A stretch of 61,773 nt of DNA, counting the filler, from Choristocarpus tenellus KU-1152 (Eukaryota; Protista; Phaeophyceae): assembly GCA_964200185.2 (NCBI GenBank). It is 9 parts of 9 records of this genome, joined end to end, with 100 filler letters (N's around TTAATTAATTAA, not from the genome) between each part and the next. Parts side by side here need not be neighbours in the genome. Positions count along the whole stretch, not along the records: positions 1 to 10,214 come from CAXNAD020003072.1; positions 10,315 to 24,589 come from CAXNAD020001240.1; 7 more parts are not named here. One strand, given 5' to 3'. Made by a program: the position numbers and the translations under genes. Within the stretch, counting starts at the first letter, position 1. Every line of letters starts with the position of its first letter. The notes beneath the pieces were generated by a model, which did not search any database, was not told the DNA's origin, and saw nothing but the letters and a program-made list of their open reading frames with translations. Of the stretch, positions 1 to 13,357 are shown piece after piece.

Positions 1-572
1 GGGGGGGGAGCGAGAATAGGATAAATTTTGTAGGATTTGGTTGAACTTTTTGGTACTTGTGTTTTGTCTTATCCTTTTGGAAAGGTCTCGATCCTGATGC
101 GGTGGATCTTTCAGTCAGATGTCAGCTTTTGGTTGTTTGTTGTCCGAGTGAGTCGACCGGGTCCCCCCTGCTCTTGGTAGTGTGCTCGTGTGCGTATGAT
201 GTATGATGTATGTATATGCAAAACCTTTTGGGGTTTTTGAGACCTACTGAGGCATACCTCAACCCTGACTCTACCACAATCTCTAAGCACTGTTGAAGAA
301 GAAATAAACATCCTAACCCTAACCCATGCCAGTACCGTGGTCATTTCTATTCTGCAGTACTAACTAGTACTATTGTGTTCCGAATACTTGGGAAAATTCT
401 TGTAGTTTTCTGGTGCTTCCAATCTGGTACAACCGGTCGGAACCCGAAAAAATATTCCCTTTCCTGCCATTTGCTTTAACTTTTTCTTTTCTTTTCTTTG
501 GGTGCTATTGAGGTCCTGGGCTTCAGAACCTTATTCATGCTCTTCTTAGAAATTTACGAGCATATACATATG

Positions 573-2120
573 TACTACCTCCGTCCTTAACCTTTGAAGA
601 TGTTGATGAAATTCATTTCTGAAAGAAGATTTGGAGTCCTTGACGAATTTCTGGTTAGGGTCGACTCTTTTTATTATTATTACTCCCCATCCATCACACA
701 CAATTTTATCAGCCACAGAAAAAAAGACTCCATGGCTGCCTTCGGGGTGTTTTCAAGCTCACCAGACAACTGCCTCTTCCTTACCCCTGTGTGCTCCACA
801 CTGAAGTCATTCCCCCCTTTGTATCTGAAGTACTTGATTGTACACCACGTAAAGGAGCTGCCAAGGCCTCTCAAGTGTGGTTTCATCACACTCCTCGTAC
901 TATTTCTTAATGACCTTCACCATCTCCTCGACGGACCCAAACCGCTCCCCCATCACCTGGCATTTCAAAGACCTGAAGAAGCACAGGTCCATGATATTGA
1001 GGTCAGGGGAGTTAGATGGCTGCATCACAAACCTAATCGACCACCTCTCAGTCTTTCCTGCCCCTGACAAGACTTCTGAGTTGCGCTTGTCCGTGTGGGG
1101 GATGGCACCGTCTTGCTGAACGACAACATGCTTCCCCTGCAACCAAGGCATCTTGGTCTTGATTGCAGCCAGTAACTCCTCCGTGTACCACTTCCTGTAC
1201 CACAAATGGTCTAAAGTACAGTCCTGCTCATACACATCCCCCTTTTTATGGTTCTTGCTTGTCCTGTCTGCCGTTTTTGGAGCACACACATGCCAAACAC
1301 CAAGCTTTCCATCAAAGCTGTGAGTCGAATCTGGGCGGGCGTCGGCTGCAATGATCATGGTTTGGGGGATATGACTCTTGTCCTGCACAGTAGGGGACCC
1401 TGGAAGGTCGCTATCATCCTCATGCGGAAATACCCTAACCCTTTCCCCATCAACCATCACATAAAACCAGGTTTCAACCACACGTGGATCGTGTTCGCCA
1501 TGGAGGCGTCCACACCATGTTTATGGTCCGCTTGATTGCAAACAAAGTCCATTCTCCACACCTTTTGCCACGATTTAAGATTGGATTTGATCCAGCGGCA
1601 ATTCGGCATGGCTCCCATATCATCCAACCACGTGTTTATTGTGCTTGTGCTATAATTCAGCCCCTTGTTGGCCATCTTCATTGTCACCTGAGGCACTGTC
1701 GATGGCCGATTATCGGAGTTGATATACTATGTATTGTGGCCATCTTGGTCGGTGTGAGCTCCGAAGGCTGCCCACTACATCCCGCCACCCCTTGGTCAGG
1801 CGTGTGGCCATGGGCAAACTGATCGGTGATGTCCTCCCAGAGCCCTTTGCATGTAACGCTCAGACACTCCAAACTCCACTGCAAGGGCTAGTCCAATGTG
1901 TCGCAGCAGTTTATGCTCACCAGGGTTAGGGACCATCAAGGGTGTTCCGCACTGCAAGCATTATGGCACTACCCTGGTATTCAGGGACACTTGGGTACCC
2001 TTCTTACACGGGGGGAACGGCAGGGGGGGTTGCCATACCGACGTTCTGACCCTGGACGTGCCCAGTTCTGGCCTCAAAGTCACCCCAAAAGACCCCTACT
2101 TTGACGACTTGAAGCACCTC
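573..2120 (-). mobile_element. Decayed Tc1/mariner transposon of the plant/oomycete DD39D-like group (here DD40D), frameshifted
   Basis: ORF 900-1481 contains VVVQQDGAIPH...QPSNSPDLNIMDLCFFRSLK, with 40 residues between the 2nd and 3rd Asp. The first catalytic motif (IHVDExWFY) is broken by a frameshift and a D>V change near 1480. Upstream frames give KSNLKSWQKVWRMDFV and an HTH-like LAVEFGVSER. A Stowaway-like terminus TA-CTACCTCCGTCC lies at 573-586. The opposite TIR was not found, so the right boundary is approximate. Confidence 0.85.
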
Positions 2121-3046
2121 TAGTTTGTACCTGATGATCCTCGACCCCCGCCTTTTCTGAAAGCTGAGATTGTCAACCCTATTTCATTCTGTGGGGTTAT
2201 CGTCCAATTCGGCGCCATTCTCGCTCGGCAAGACCGGATGTTTCGCAGGGCACAAGCTTAAAACTTAATGGCACAGAGTTAGCTGAAGGGTATGTATGTA
2301 TTAGAATGTATATAATCCGAAGGTTGGTATGTATGTATGTATGTATACACATCATCGTTACACGTGCAGTTGGTGTGGGAGGCGTTTTTGTTGTTGTTGT
2401 TGCATTTTTGGTGATATTTATTTTTATTTTGAGGTGGGAATTATACGGTGAGGAGCAACTTTTTGCGTCGAAGAAATTTATATCTTTTTTTTTTATACTT
2501 TGAAAGAAGAAAACTTGTTCGCTTTTTTTTTTTTTACAAGAGCCATTTTTTTCCCCGGGCGCATCTGCAAAGTGTTAGAGGACATAATAATGTAGTAATT
2601 TAAAATGGTTTAAGCTGTATATATAATAATAGTAATAATAATAATAATTAATAATCCATCATGTACCAATGTCGGTGTCTGTCACAATCGTACTATGCGT
2701 CTTGACTATACCACAATCCTATTTACCACCCTTCTACTAGGAGAGATATTCTGAACCTACTTGCTGAATATACCAAAAATAATGATTGATCAAAGGCCGA
2801 ACAGTGTTTTGGACAAGAATGTTGGTAGCTTGGTACTACTGTTGCTGCTACTGTATTACATAAAGAAGTAGTTTGTTCCCAAGAAAAAGCCTCCCAGGGA
2901 CAGTCCTTGTTTTTTTTTAACACTTCAAACTTTCCTTTCAAATATGTGCTAGATGGTACTTTGATGACATCACCAAACATGGCAGTTCATGGACACCTTC
3001 TGAGCATCCAGCTGTGAAGCGAGAGTACTACTGCTTTCTCAGAGTC

Positions 3047-3093
<47 letters not shown>

Positions 3094-3341
3094 ACACACC
3101 CCCCCCCCCTTCTTACTACCCCCCCCAAGTTTTTTTTGTTTTTTTTTTTTTTTTTTTTTTTTCCNNNNNNCCCCCCCCCCCCCCCCCCCCCCTACAACCG
3201 ACCCCACCTAGAACTACAAATGTGCATCCTATTGATTCAAGGCACCAAGTGTTATTATTGGTTTGTTTAATTTTAATGTGTCTATCACAATTTATCCTTT
3301 TTTTGAATTTTGTGCGTGTGTGTGTGTGTGTGTTATAAAAG

Positions 3342-4843
3342 GTGGATGTAGTAGAAGTGGAGTACTCACTCCTACGGCGAACTGTTTCGACTTCCAGGGA
3401 CTTCGAAGGCGTGCGTAGAGCTCACGACAATTTCCTGTCCACCATGCGGACCAAGTTTTACATCGATAACCTCAACATCAAGGAGGTGAGGTACTGCTGC
3501 CACCTCCGCTGCTTGCTCATTTACACAAAACCGATTTTGTTTTGTGTTATGTTGTGTTGTGTTATGTCGTGCTATGTTGTCTGGTGGTGTTGTCCCAGTA
3601 AGTCCAAACTCAACTTTGTGTGTGTGTGTGTGTGTGTGTGTGTATGCTTTTCTTGGTATGCAATGTCCGTGTTCATTTTTAGTACTGTGAATTTGAGGGC
3701 ATGTTTTGTGTTTTGTAAGAATGAATATTGATACCCTCCCACTGTTTACTGGGGTTACAAAAGCTCATTCAATCATGTGCATTGAGAGATAGAGTGTAGT
3801 GCCTCTGACCACAGGTCAGAATATTCTCGAGACTAATGTGAAGATGATCATTATGGTAATAATAATAATAATAATAATAGTTTTTTATTGATGTTGGTAT
3901 AATTATTACTATCATATGCCTGTTTAATTCCCTCCACCTCCCTGTACCTGGATGTCTCTGTTCGTGTCCCCTACTCCCCTTCTTTTTGTTGTTGTTGACA
4001 ATATGCAGAGCATTCAGCGCCTCCTTCGCCTTGTGCTGGCGTTTTGCTGCCTGTTGAATATGCAAAGCGATGCTGCAAACGTTCCTTTGGTAGAGGTCAA
4101 GGCACTCCAGGTTTCGTTTGAAGAGGAAATTGTGTTTCTCTTTCCGGTGAGTACATACATGCATCTTGTTCAACCCCTTCCAACCCCCCCCCCCCCCCCC
4201 CCCCCACCCCCCCCCCCCCCCCCCCCCCCCCAACCCCAACCACCTAAACCTTGGTTCTCTGTGCTTTGAAAATAGGCGTCTCTTGCGTGCAAGGAAAAAG
4301 GGATGAAACACGCATTGTTTTTTGTCATGGCTATTCCAGATTGTTAGTTGCGTTTGAGAAAAATAGTTGTGTGCCTCTTGCTCTTTTCCTTTCCTACATG
4401 CTTGCTTCATGTGAGCCAAAGCACTTGACATGGTAGGGCCGCGTCTGTTCAGGATCGTAAATCCAATGTTGCAGTTTTGACGGATTTAGGCTGTCGTGGT
4501 TGTTAGCAAGCGTCAGTCCCCTTGCTCCGGATACACCCTTCATAGTCGTATGCATTTTAGGTAACTGTGTTCACACACAGAAAACCGAAAAAAGGCCGTA
4601 GAAAACCCGTGGGAAGCCAAGCCCCAAACGGACAAACAGGGCAAAAATCGTAACTTCTTAAATGCTTTGTGTTGTGTGGACTAAACTTGAGTATGTAGTT
4701 GGGTGGAGGGTCATGTGTGTGGTGGTGGTACATGTGTGCGCATGCCCAGACCGTAGTATTTATTACCCATTGTTTTGTCTCCCGGTACACTGTAGGCCCA
4801 ATTTGCTCGTGTATGTTACGTGTGTATGAAACGTACTTTTTAC

Positions 4844-4874
<31 letters not shown>

Positions 4875-5238
4875 AAGGAACCCAGATTTAGTTATCTGAA
4901 ACTCATCCATATCGACGTACGTGCATTTGAAGTATTACGTCTACGTCAAATTTGTTTCGATGTCACATCACATCTCACACAGTTAAACCTCTCCTTGCTG
5001 CTGGCAGTCACACCCCTATGTGCTGCCGTAACAAGCAAATGATTCCAGGGTGGTTTCGACACCCCTTGTCCTCTACCCATGCTCTGCACTGATCGTGACT
5101 GCTTGTTTCACCCTCTTCTTGCGCACTTGGATCTGTTCTAATGACATTACATTCGTACCTTTCAAGACTCTGGAGAGACTGGCCAAGGAGCTAGCAATGC
5201 GGCTCGATTATAATGGACACTACTCAAAGAGGGTCTAG
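3342..5238 (+). CDS. TUBGCP4: Gamma-tubulin complex component 4, last three exons (5' part not located)
   Basis: GT-AG exons 3342-3485, 4009-4146 and 5167-5238 splice in frame to VDVVEVEYSLLRRTVSTSRDFEGVRRAHDNFLS...SFEEEIVFLFP/TLERLAKELAMRLDYNGHYSKRV*. This matches the GCP4 C-terminus (VDVLE..STRDFE...AHD.FL...LLRLDYN). Confidence 0.85.
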
Positions 5239-7792
5239 AGATTCGATGGTGTATTATAGGGTATCTAAGTAGTTATCCTTGAGGAAGTACTTGGCGTGTA
5301 TTAAGGTAATGAACTATTTCATATGAATTATGAATTGTACGTTTAAACGTACTTCGAAAGCGCTTTGAAAGTGGTCTCTATCGGAATCTGTAGACAGAGA
5401 GGTGACCGCAAGGAAATTCCATTGCGCTTCTGTTGGGGATGCGACGTTAACAGAGGTGCAAGTTTTGTTTACCCATCCAGACAGCGTTGATAGTACTTTT
5501 GAAAATCAAGGATGGGTCTAATCGCTTTTTTCTTGTCAAGAGTAACACCACCTGAGTGTGTGTATGTGTATGGTATGATCAACTTTCTTCAGGGCAATAT
5601 GAGCATATATATATTGATATTATTACTATTATATATTACTTACAGTGTGTTCAGCCCCCAGCGCTCATCACATCACTGACAGGAGGAATTACTACGTGTA
5701 TTTTAGCAATAATGGTAGTATAGCAACAGAAGGTATTGTGTTTGAACTACGCCTAAAATCGCTCAACAAAAAGACCCAAGATGGAATCTTGCTGCTGGGA
5801 AATATTGTATTCGTAAACGAATATCAACCGAGATACAGTATTACCACGCATTGGACAACACACTCAACACTATGTTGCTCCCACAACACTGATGACAATA
5901 TACTTGAACAGCAGTAGTGATACAAGAGTGTAGCGTGTAAGGAAAAAAATATATACTTGTGGTTTGCTTCTATTTCTACTTTGTAAAATGATAATACCCA
6001 AACTATCCAACTCATGGAATTTCCACACCAAAATTCAATAAATTTCTTGTCAGCAAAACTATCTTCAAACATCGTATGTAGTCCTCATATCACTCACCAC
6101 GATACACAAAACATGGGAGGCGGCTCCAATGTATGGGGAAGTTAGCACAATGATTCCACAGCTGGAGGAAGGAGGTACAAGACTTCGTTTTGTCTTCAAT
6201 TGGCCCGTTACCTTGGCACCAGAAAAAGATAAGTAGATAGAACATGGTCAACAAGAAAAAACCAATGCCTGCACGCCCACATAAATATAACGCAACACAA
6301 TACATAACAAGCCACAGCCTTCATTCCTTGTGTCTTTCTATACAAAATTATTATGATGGTGCTAATAATTCACAAAACACAAATAAAAGATACGTGGACA
6401 TCAAAAGACCATTACTCGGAGTATATTAATGAACTAGAACTATAGAACAAAAGTTTCGAGAAGGGGATCAAACACAAAAGCAACGTGATTGGGTTCCTTG
6501 ATGTCACATCATTCTCAAGCACCAACAAACCATAACAACCAAAGTGCTGCATAAAAATAAGCACCTCAGAAAAAGTCACAGGGCGGGATAGAGCACAAAT
6601 TGGCAGCAACAACATCAACATCGACATCAACAGTCACAATCATACAAACTCCACCTGCGCCAGAGGGAGAAGAATATCCTTCTGGGCTGGTCTCTTATCC
6701 TACTTTCCTTCCTCTCATCACTACATGATGAATACTCCCTTCCATTGCTCACAGACAGGGACAGCCCACAACAATCCTGCTAGGGCAAATCACCGCAATC
6801 CCCTGCAAAATGTGGCTAGAGCTCCTCTTCATAATAATACAACAGCCATCCAAAACGTATCATAAGCATGATTGAAGACAAAACAAAGTTAAGTCTTGAA
6901 ACTCCATGCAGGCTGCAAGCACTTAATTCAGCAAAACACACCATCAACATCATCTGCTCAATCTATATCTACTACTACTTGACCAAAATTTACTATCCAA
7001 ACAAGAACACATGTATTTGACTTTCTACTCTTCACGATTACCAATAATACTGAAATGAACCACAGATAAGAGTCATATGCTCGCTTGGGCTTGGGAAGCA
7101 CAGCAAGACACCCGTCACACAAGTGACAGGCACAACAAAAAGTGGGGACACCGGGTCACAGAGCCCAAGCTTGCTGGAGAAACCCCCCTCCCCCCTCGCC
7201 CCTTCCCCAGTCAAATCCCAAGAGCATATATTCGATTTTTGAATAAGTTTGTAACCTCATTTCTCCACCCTGCCATCGTGCTTATCAGTGTCTTAGCACA
7301 TAACCACTCCCATACTAGATATGCAAAGTGACACAGTTGTGACAACCAATACGCAGGAGAGTATGCAACAAGACAAAAGCAAAGCAGAGAGAAATAGGCA
7401 ACCTATTATGGACAGGCAGCCCTTTCTCACATGGAGGGAACAGTGCATGGAGACTGCATTACGCTGTGTCTCACAAAATACTCGAGTACTACACACAAAT
7501 AAACAAAAAAAATCGTGCACATCATAGCAACATCTTCCACGCCCATGTACTATAAAACTACCAATGAACAACCGGTTTTACAACCTTCGTCAGCATGGTG
7601 CCAGTGAAAACGACAATATGGGTCTCCTAGTCCTCCTATTATTCATCCAATGAGGGCAAAGGCACCAAAGCTGGAAAGCAAAAAGTAATGGAGAACTACC
7701 CTTTGGGAGGCAATGTGAAGAGAGGTATGTGCCAAGTCCCAACTTCCAATAAGCAAAATTGTGTTTACAAAGAGAGACTGAGCACGGCTGAG

Positions 7793-7890
7793 ACATACTC
7801 CCGAAGCTCCTCAGTAAGTTTGAGAGATAAAAAAACCCACAACATACTCCCGAAGCTCCTCAGTAAGTTTGAGAGATAAAAAACCCCACA
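7793..7890. repeat. Tandem duplication, 2 x 49 bp
   Basis: acatactcccgaagctcctcagtaagtttgagagataaaaaa(a/c)cccaca at 7793-7841 and 7842-7890. Confidence 0.9.
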
Positions 7891-8688
7891 ACATGTACAA
7901 ACAGCCACAGATACAAGACACATAAAGACAACATTGGGCAAGGTCTAACTCATCTCGGCAACACACACCTCTCATGATGATGACACCACAATGAAAGGGT
8001 CTCCCCACAAGCACCTCAAGTTGAGACACCAAACAACTTAGCAACCATGCTGGGTACAACACATCACTATGAATGCCACCAGGCATTACCATTGCGTGTC
8101 CACAGGATTGTCACTGGGAAGGTTATGGTTGAAGTTGCACTAACCACAAAGGTGAGAGATGGCTAGAGAGAGCACAAGAAGTCGTGCAGAGAATTCAAAA
8201 TTGTGGGCGGCAAATACAATGAGACACAAGGAATACCAACATACAGCACAAGGCCCACTACACCGCGGCTGGGTCAACATGAACAACACACTTGCAGAGT
8301 TCTAACATAACGGTTCTGGACACTTGATGGGCAAACAGGTAGCACAACGCAGCACAGCCCAGCACAGCCCAACCGTGGTAGAGCAGCACCATGCCACCGG
8401 CAAGCAGGCACGACAAGAAATGGTCGATTTCTGAGACGAAAACTCGTCGAAAACATCATCCTTCAGGAAGGAGCGATATTAACACGAGCGCAAGCAGTCG
8501 CATGGCAAAGATACCTACTACATCATATCAGATGCAATGTTTTGATTTAGTAAGGTCCATCATGCCTCAACAGACAATCCCTCCCAAGCAGTCATCCATC
8601 CACCACTCCCTATCAACGAACCAAGCAAATACAGAAAACAGAAAGCTTTACAACACCCAACAGTCAGAACACCCAACAGTCAGAACCC

Positions 8689-9546
8689 TTACACTGCTCC
8701 CTTATCCCGAGCCCTCTCTTCCAGGAGCATCTCAGCAGCCCGCACTGCCATGAGAACTACTGTTGAATGAACGTTTCCATTGGGAATAAATGGTATCACG
8801 CTCGCGTCTGCAACAACGAGCCCACGGGAACCCTTGACCGCCATGTTCTTGTCCACAACAGCACCCTCTACGCCTTCCCCACCCATTCTCGCAGTTCCAC
8901 ACCAGTGCGAATTGGAGTATATATGATCCTCTATCCACTGCATCAAAGCCGGGTCCCCTGCGCCAGCCCCGACCGCATCATCTCGCGATGATGCAGACTC
9001 GCCTACCTCTGGACCCGGATACACTTCCCCCATCGTGAGGTTCTTGAGCGGTTCCGTGTTCATGATCTCTCGAACCCTTGCGACCCCCCACGCAAGCTTT
9101 TTCAGATCTGTTGGCGACCTCGGTTCCACAGTCCTAGGCCTCCGGTATCTGCATATGTGAGGGGGCTGGTCCTTGGGGTGCTCTGGGTCCAAACAGACCG
9201 CGGACCTCCCTTCTGGGTCCAGGAGCGATACCGTGACCAGCATCATGGGAGGATCATCTGGAGAGGGTCGCAGGTGAGCTTGTGCCAGGATGTGAGGTTC
9301 CACCACACGCGGGAACACTGTCACCTGGATGTCTGGCGCTGGCGAAGATCCTGGAGGGTAGGAATGGTAGGGAGACTTCAAAAAGGCGCCGGCGCTGAGA
9401 CCTGGGGAGGAGAAGATGGAGGGATGGTTGTTGCCTCCGTCGCCGCTGCCAACGCCCGGTGGTGATTCTGTTGCTTCTGGCATGGCATCACCCCTGCTTG
9501 ATGATGAAGTTGATGCGTTACCCCGAGGCCAACTCGGATCCAGGAC
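8689..9546 (-). CDS. GMC (glucose-methanol-choline) oxidoreductase, terminal exon
   Basis: Acceptor AG before 9546, open to the stop at 8689. C-terminal GMC signature SNSHWCGTARMG...AVVDKNMAVKGSRGLVVADASVIPFIPNGNVHSTVVLMAVRAAEML. Upstream exons were not found before the gap at 10215. Confidence 0.9.
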   Translation of the reverse strand, partial: VLDPSWPRGNASTSSSSRGDAMPEATESPPGVGSGDGGNNHPSIFSSPGLSAGAFLKSPYHSYPPGSSPAPDIQVTVFPRVVEPHILAQAHLRPSPDDPPMMLVTVSLLDPEGRSAVCLDPEHPKDQPPHICRYRRPRTVEPRSPTDLKKLAWGVARVREIMNTEPLKNLTMGEVYPGPEVGESASSRDDAVGAGAGDPALMQWIEDHIYSNSHWCGTARMGGEGVEGAVVDKNMAVKGSRGLVVADASVIPFIPNGNVHSTVVLMAVRAAEMLLEERARDKGAV

Positions 9547-10112
9547 CTTGTTAGCCGGGGTCGAGTGTGATCATGACAATACATGCCACACAGTAAAACG
9601 TGAATTTAAGAGGTGAAGCAATACCATTGTGGAGGGAGAGGGTTAGGGTTAGGGGTACAGAGCCAAATCGATTAAGAGGCAGGCAGAGACTTAAAAAAAA
9701 ATGTGTCATTTTGTACAATTTCAGAGTCTTTACTAAAATGTGGTGGCACAGTTTGTCTGGAAAGGGGGATGCGAAAGGGCGAATAAATAATTAATAAATA
9801 GTTCCTACTTAATGTGAAACGTTCCACACAACTTCAAACCGATTTCAGGTTTTAATGGCGGAAGAGTTCAAGGAAAACGAGCCTGATGAGCATTTACTTC
9901 CAGTTTTTCATGACCAGGATCCGTTGTCCTTTGACGTACTTGACGATGGGAGGAAACTGTTAATGCACAGGGCGTCGGGAATTTTTGTGAACCCTGATTT
10001 TAGAATGGTGGACCAACGGGTGGTACATCAAATTATGTCTGCAGACAACAACCCCTTGATTTCATCTACTTTGCCACCGACCCCGCCTGTCTCACAGTCT
10101 GTCCATGCCCCT

Positions 10113-10214
10113 ACCACGAGGTCTATCTCAACACCATCAGCACCAATATCTACCTGACAAGTCAGTCAGTCAGGTAGATATTGGTGCTGATGGTGTTGAG
10201 ATAGACCTCGTGGT
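10113..10214. repeat. Perfect inverted repeat, 46-bp arms with a 10-bp loop, abutting a contig end
   Basis: 10113-10158 is the exact reverse complement of 10169-10214. Confidence 0.9.
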
Positions 10215-10314
10215 NNNNNNNNNNNNNNNNNNNNNNNNNNNNNNNNNNNNNNNNNNNNTTAATTAATTAANNNNNNNNNNNNNNNNNNNNNNNNNNNNNN
10301 NNNNNNNNNNNNNN
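10215..10314. other. Artificial contig linker N44-TTAATTAATTAA-N44 (also at 24590-24689, 29107-29206, 33699-33798, 36681-36780, 40456-40555, 43632-43731, 56483-56582)
   Basis: Identical 100-bp structure eight times. The 12-mer places stop codons in all six frames. Confidence 0.97.
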
Positions 10315-13300
10315 CTTTCCGCGCACCATTTCGGTCAAACCCATCCTCCATGAAATGATCCATCCGCCATTATCATGATCCGCTGTTCTTACTTACCAAG
10401 CGTGGTGGTCATAATGTATATATTGTATATTCTGCACTCAAAAACTTGATGGACACAATGCAAACGATAGCTCCGTCTACTGCGATACTACATCACTATT
10501 TACACTACTACTACTTCTCCCCTACCTCAAATACTACATACTCCCTCCACGGTCGAACCTTATACAGCAGCTTTCATAACCACAGACCGACACAAATACC
10601 AAAGCATATTATTAGTTCTAAGACCCTCACAACAAATAGTTGTTATTTCACTCGGTTTGGAGACTCGGTCTTCGTCGTACATGTTTTACTCGCGCTTGAC
10701 CTACGTCTACCACTACCACTATTGCCACTATTAATGCAGTATTACAATCACTACTGGTATTTTGTAGTCCATATACTCCTTCCTTCCTCCTGACAATGCT
10801 ACAACATGCATGCACACAAAATACACAACGCATAATACATATTACATACATAATAATATGTAATACATAATACATAATACATACATACATAGATGCATAT
10901 ACACATACATGCATATGTGCTGAATGTCATGTATCGGGTGGTTTTGATCATTTACTCTGTACCAAGATCTGCGATCGTTCTCATTCTGATAACAATGCTT
11001 TTGATATGTGGCATGGTTGGTGGCATTATTATTGTAACACCCCTCCTAGCCCTTTTTGACGCACAGGGACAGGAAGGAGTAACAGATGGCTTGGCTAAGC
11101 CCTAATGATTGGGAGATGTACTTCAGACCCGTGCAGTTCACGTTCCAACAGTACATCAATGGGCCCTTCACTCCAGACTACGCGACACTCACACTTGGCA
11201 GCGGAGAGAAAAGGGAAGAGAAATGCTAACATGGTTAAAAAAAGAAGGCGCCCAAACAACGACAAGGGGGTCTACATCGGCATGAGCTTGAAGAGGAGCG
11301 TGCTCGGAAACCTCAAATGGTCTCTGCTGTACCCACTACTACTTTACTACTGTGGTGACAGAACTGTGATTTGTGGGTAAATGTTGAGTGAATGAGGCTT
11401 GTGGTGGCATCCTGCACACCTTTATATAAGTCCTAGGTTTTTTCTTTTTATTCTTTCACACGTCCGTGCCTTGTTTGTTGTGGACAACCACCCCCAATAT
11501 TGTCCTCTTGTACCTATCGATGCACGGGGTATGTTTGCTGACATCAGTGGTACTACTATCATGTCTGTTCCACTTTATTTATCTTGCTTTCTTTTTTTCT
11601 ACTTGTGTGGGATACGTTTGAAACACCATCTCTGCTTCCGATCTTGTTCAAGAGGGCACTGTACTCGGGCATTGTGGTACAGACAACAAATTGATGATAA
11701 TGTGTACGCTTCGTTTTTGTTGTTTGTTGTACGTCAGAGATCAGGACAAACCCTCCACTACAAAAAAATACTGTTACAATCCCTTCCCCCCCTTGTGTCA
11801 TAAGCGGTGTTGTTACTCTTACTATTAATAGCGTTCATTTGTGCTCAATGTTTTTCTCAATCCTGTGAGTTGCCTCAGATTCCTGCTTGTTATGACTGCC
11901 TACATGCATGTGGGAGTTTGGTGGGATGTGGATGTAGTAGAAATATTTGTTTGAAGAAAAGTTGTCTTGTTGTTCCTGTTCTCATGTTGTAGTGGTACTG
12001 CCGACAGTGAGTGCTTTGACCTTGTGCATCCCTTTAGCGTTGCTGCCACTCAGTACTACTGCAACTACAACTGCACGCATTTGTTCATTTGTCTTGTGAG
12101 ACGCATGACGATGTGTAGAAACCATCGATTGATCAGTCTGTTTCATCGCAAGTGCTGGTCATAAACCTGACGCCTCTCTCTTTCTCATTCTTACAAAACC
12201 ACTCTATGTATTGTTTGTTTTCTTTTACCGTTAATATATAAACCCTTTCTTCTTGTAGTAGTTGTAGTTAAGTAGTACTGGTACAGAAAACAACACAGGT
12301 TTTTACCCATAATATTATACAAGGTTATCACAAAACATACAACACGGACCATGATTATCACTAAGGTGGTTGTAACATACCTTCAAATGCTAACAGAGTG
12401 TGCATACATGCACGACATGATGCGAGATTATGGTCCATTTCAACAAGCTCCCTAACAGTGACAAACTACAGTAATGCACGAGAAAATTCCTTTTCAGTTC
12501 CATCTCACAAATCTCAACGTAAAAATGAAAAAGATCTACGAAATGTCACTATGGACTAAAAAATCCTGTGTTGTAGTGTGCAGTGCAGGTCTGTGTTACG
12601 CATTTTTCATCTTTTTGACACCGGAACGGTGTTGAGTATAGGCCAAAACTAATACACAGTGTAGACAACTCTTGGCTGGCTCATTAATAGGGGAGACAGG
12701 ATCCACGTATTTGGTGTGGGAAGGCTAAGAAGCAAGAAGTCTGCAATGGGGTCCCAGCTTTTCCCAAGTGCAATAGCCCACAGTAAGAAAATGAAAGTTG
12801 GATTATGAGGTGATCAACCATCCAAGGAAGGTCCATCCTTCAAAGTTGAACAAAAACGTTCATGTTCTGTCTGCTCGGTCTTGATATCACGACAGCGCTA
12901 AAAATTTAAGCTAGTGTCCTCTACCTCCATCTATCAAGACTCAACATTCATATTACACCAGAGCACAAGAGCCTGGCAACGCTAGTTCCAGGTATGACTG
13001 CAATTCTGGACATAACTCATACACCACCCTGCACAACGGTTTTTGAGTGCTTGACAACATTGTAGGCCACCCCTACAAAGCTTCATTTCAGCAAATAAAT
13101 GATCCCAAACTGGTACTATTGCTTACATGCAGGTGTGGCACGGAGCAATTACAAACTTCCTTTTCCTCGGTACAAGATAACTGGTTGCCATTGCAACAAT
13201 ATATACACTTTGTGATACCACATAGGACTCCAGTAGTTTAAACCATTGCAACGCGCGTACAGAATCCGCACCTACTAGCATAATAAATAATATCTCAGTT

Positions 13301-13357
13301 CCACGGTCCGTGACCCCTGAGGACCTCTCAAATCCACCTCCTTCGATCTATTTACCT

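Noticed and set aside
594-1067. Plus-strand 157-aa ORF
   Set aside because: Antisense shadow of the mariner transposase.
3014-3211. Poly-Pro/poly-Phe ORF, and the similar poly-Pro/Gly ORFs at 3769-4431
   Set aside because: Translations of intronic homopolymer C/T runs, partly containing Ns.
7793-7890. 49-bp direct repeat as a CRISPR or regulatory array
   Set aside because: Only two adjacent copies with no spacer; a simple local duplication.
10259-10270. Recurrent palindromic TTAATTAATTAA as a biological repeat or CRISPR-like array
   Set aside because: Always centred in 88 Ns; it is an assembly spacer.
11105-11380. GIY-YIG-like 'GVYIGMS' in a short ORF
   Set aside because: A single short motif with no supporting nuclease residues or context.
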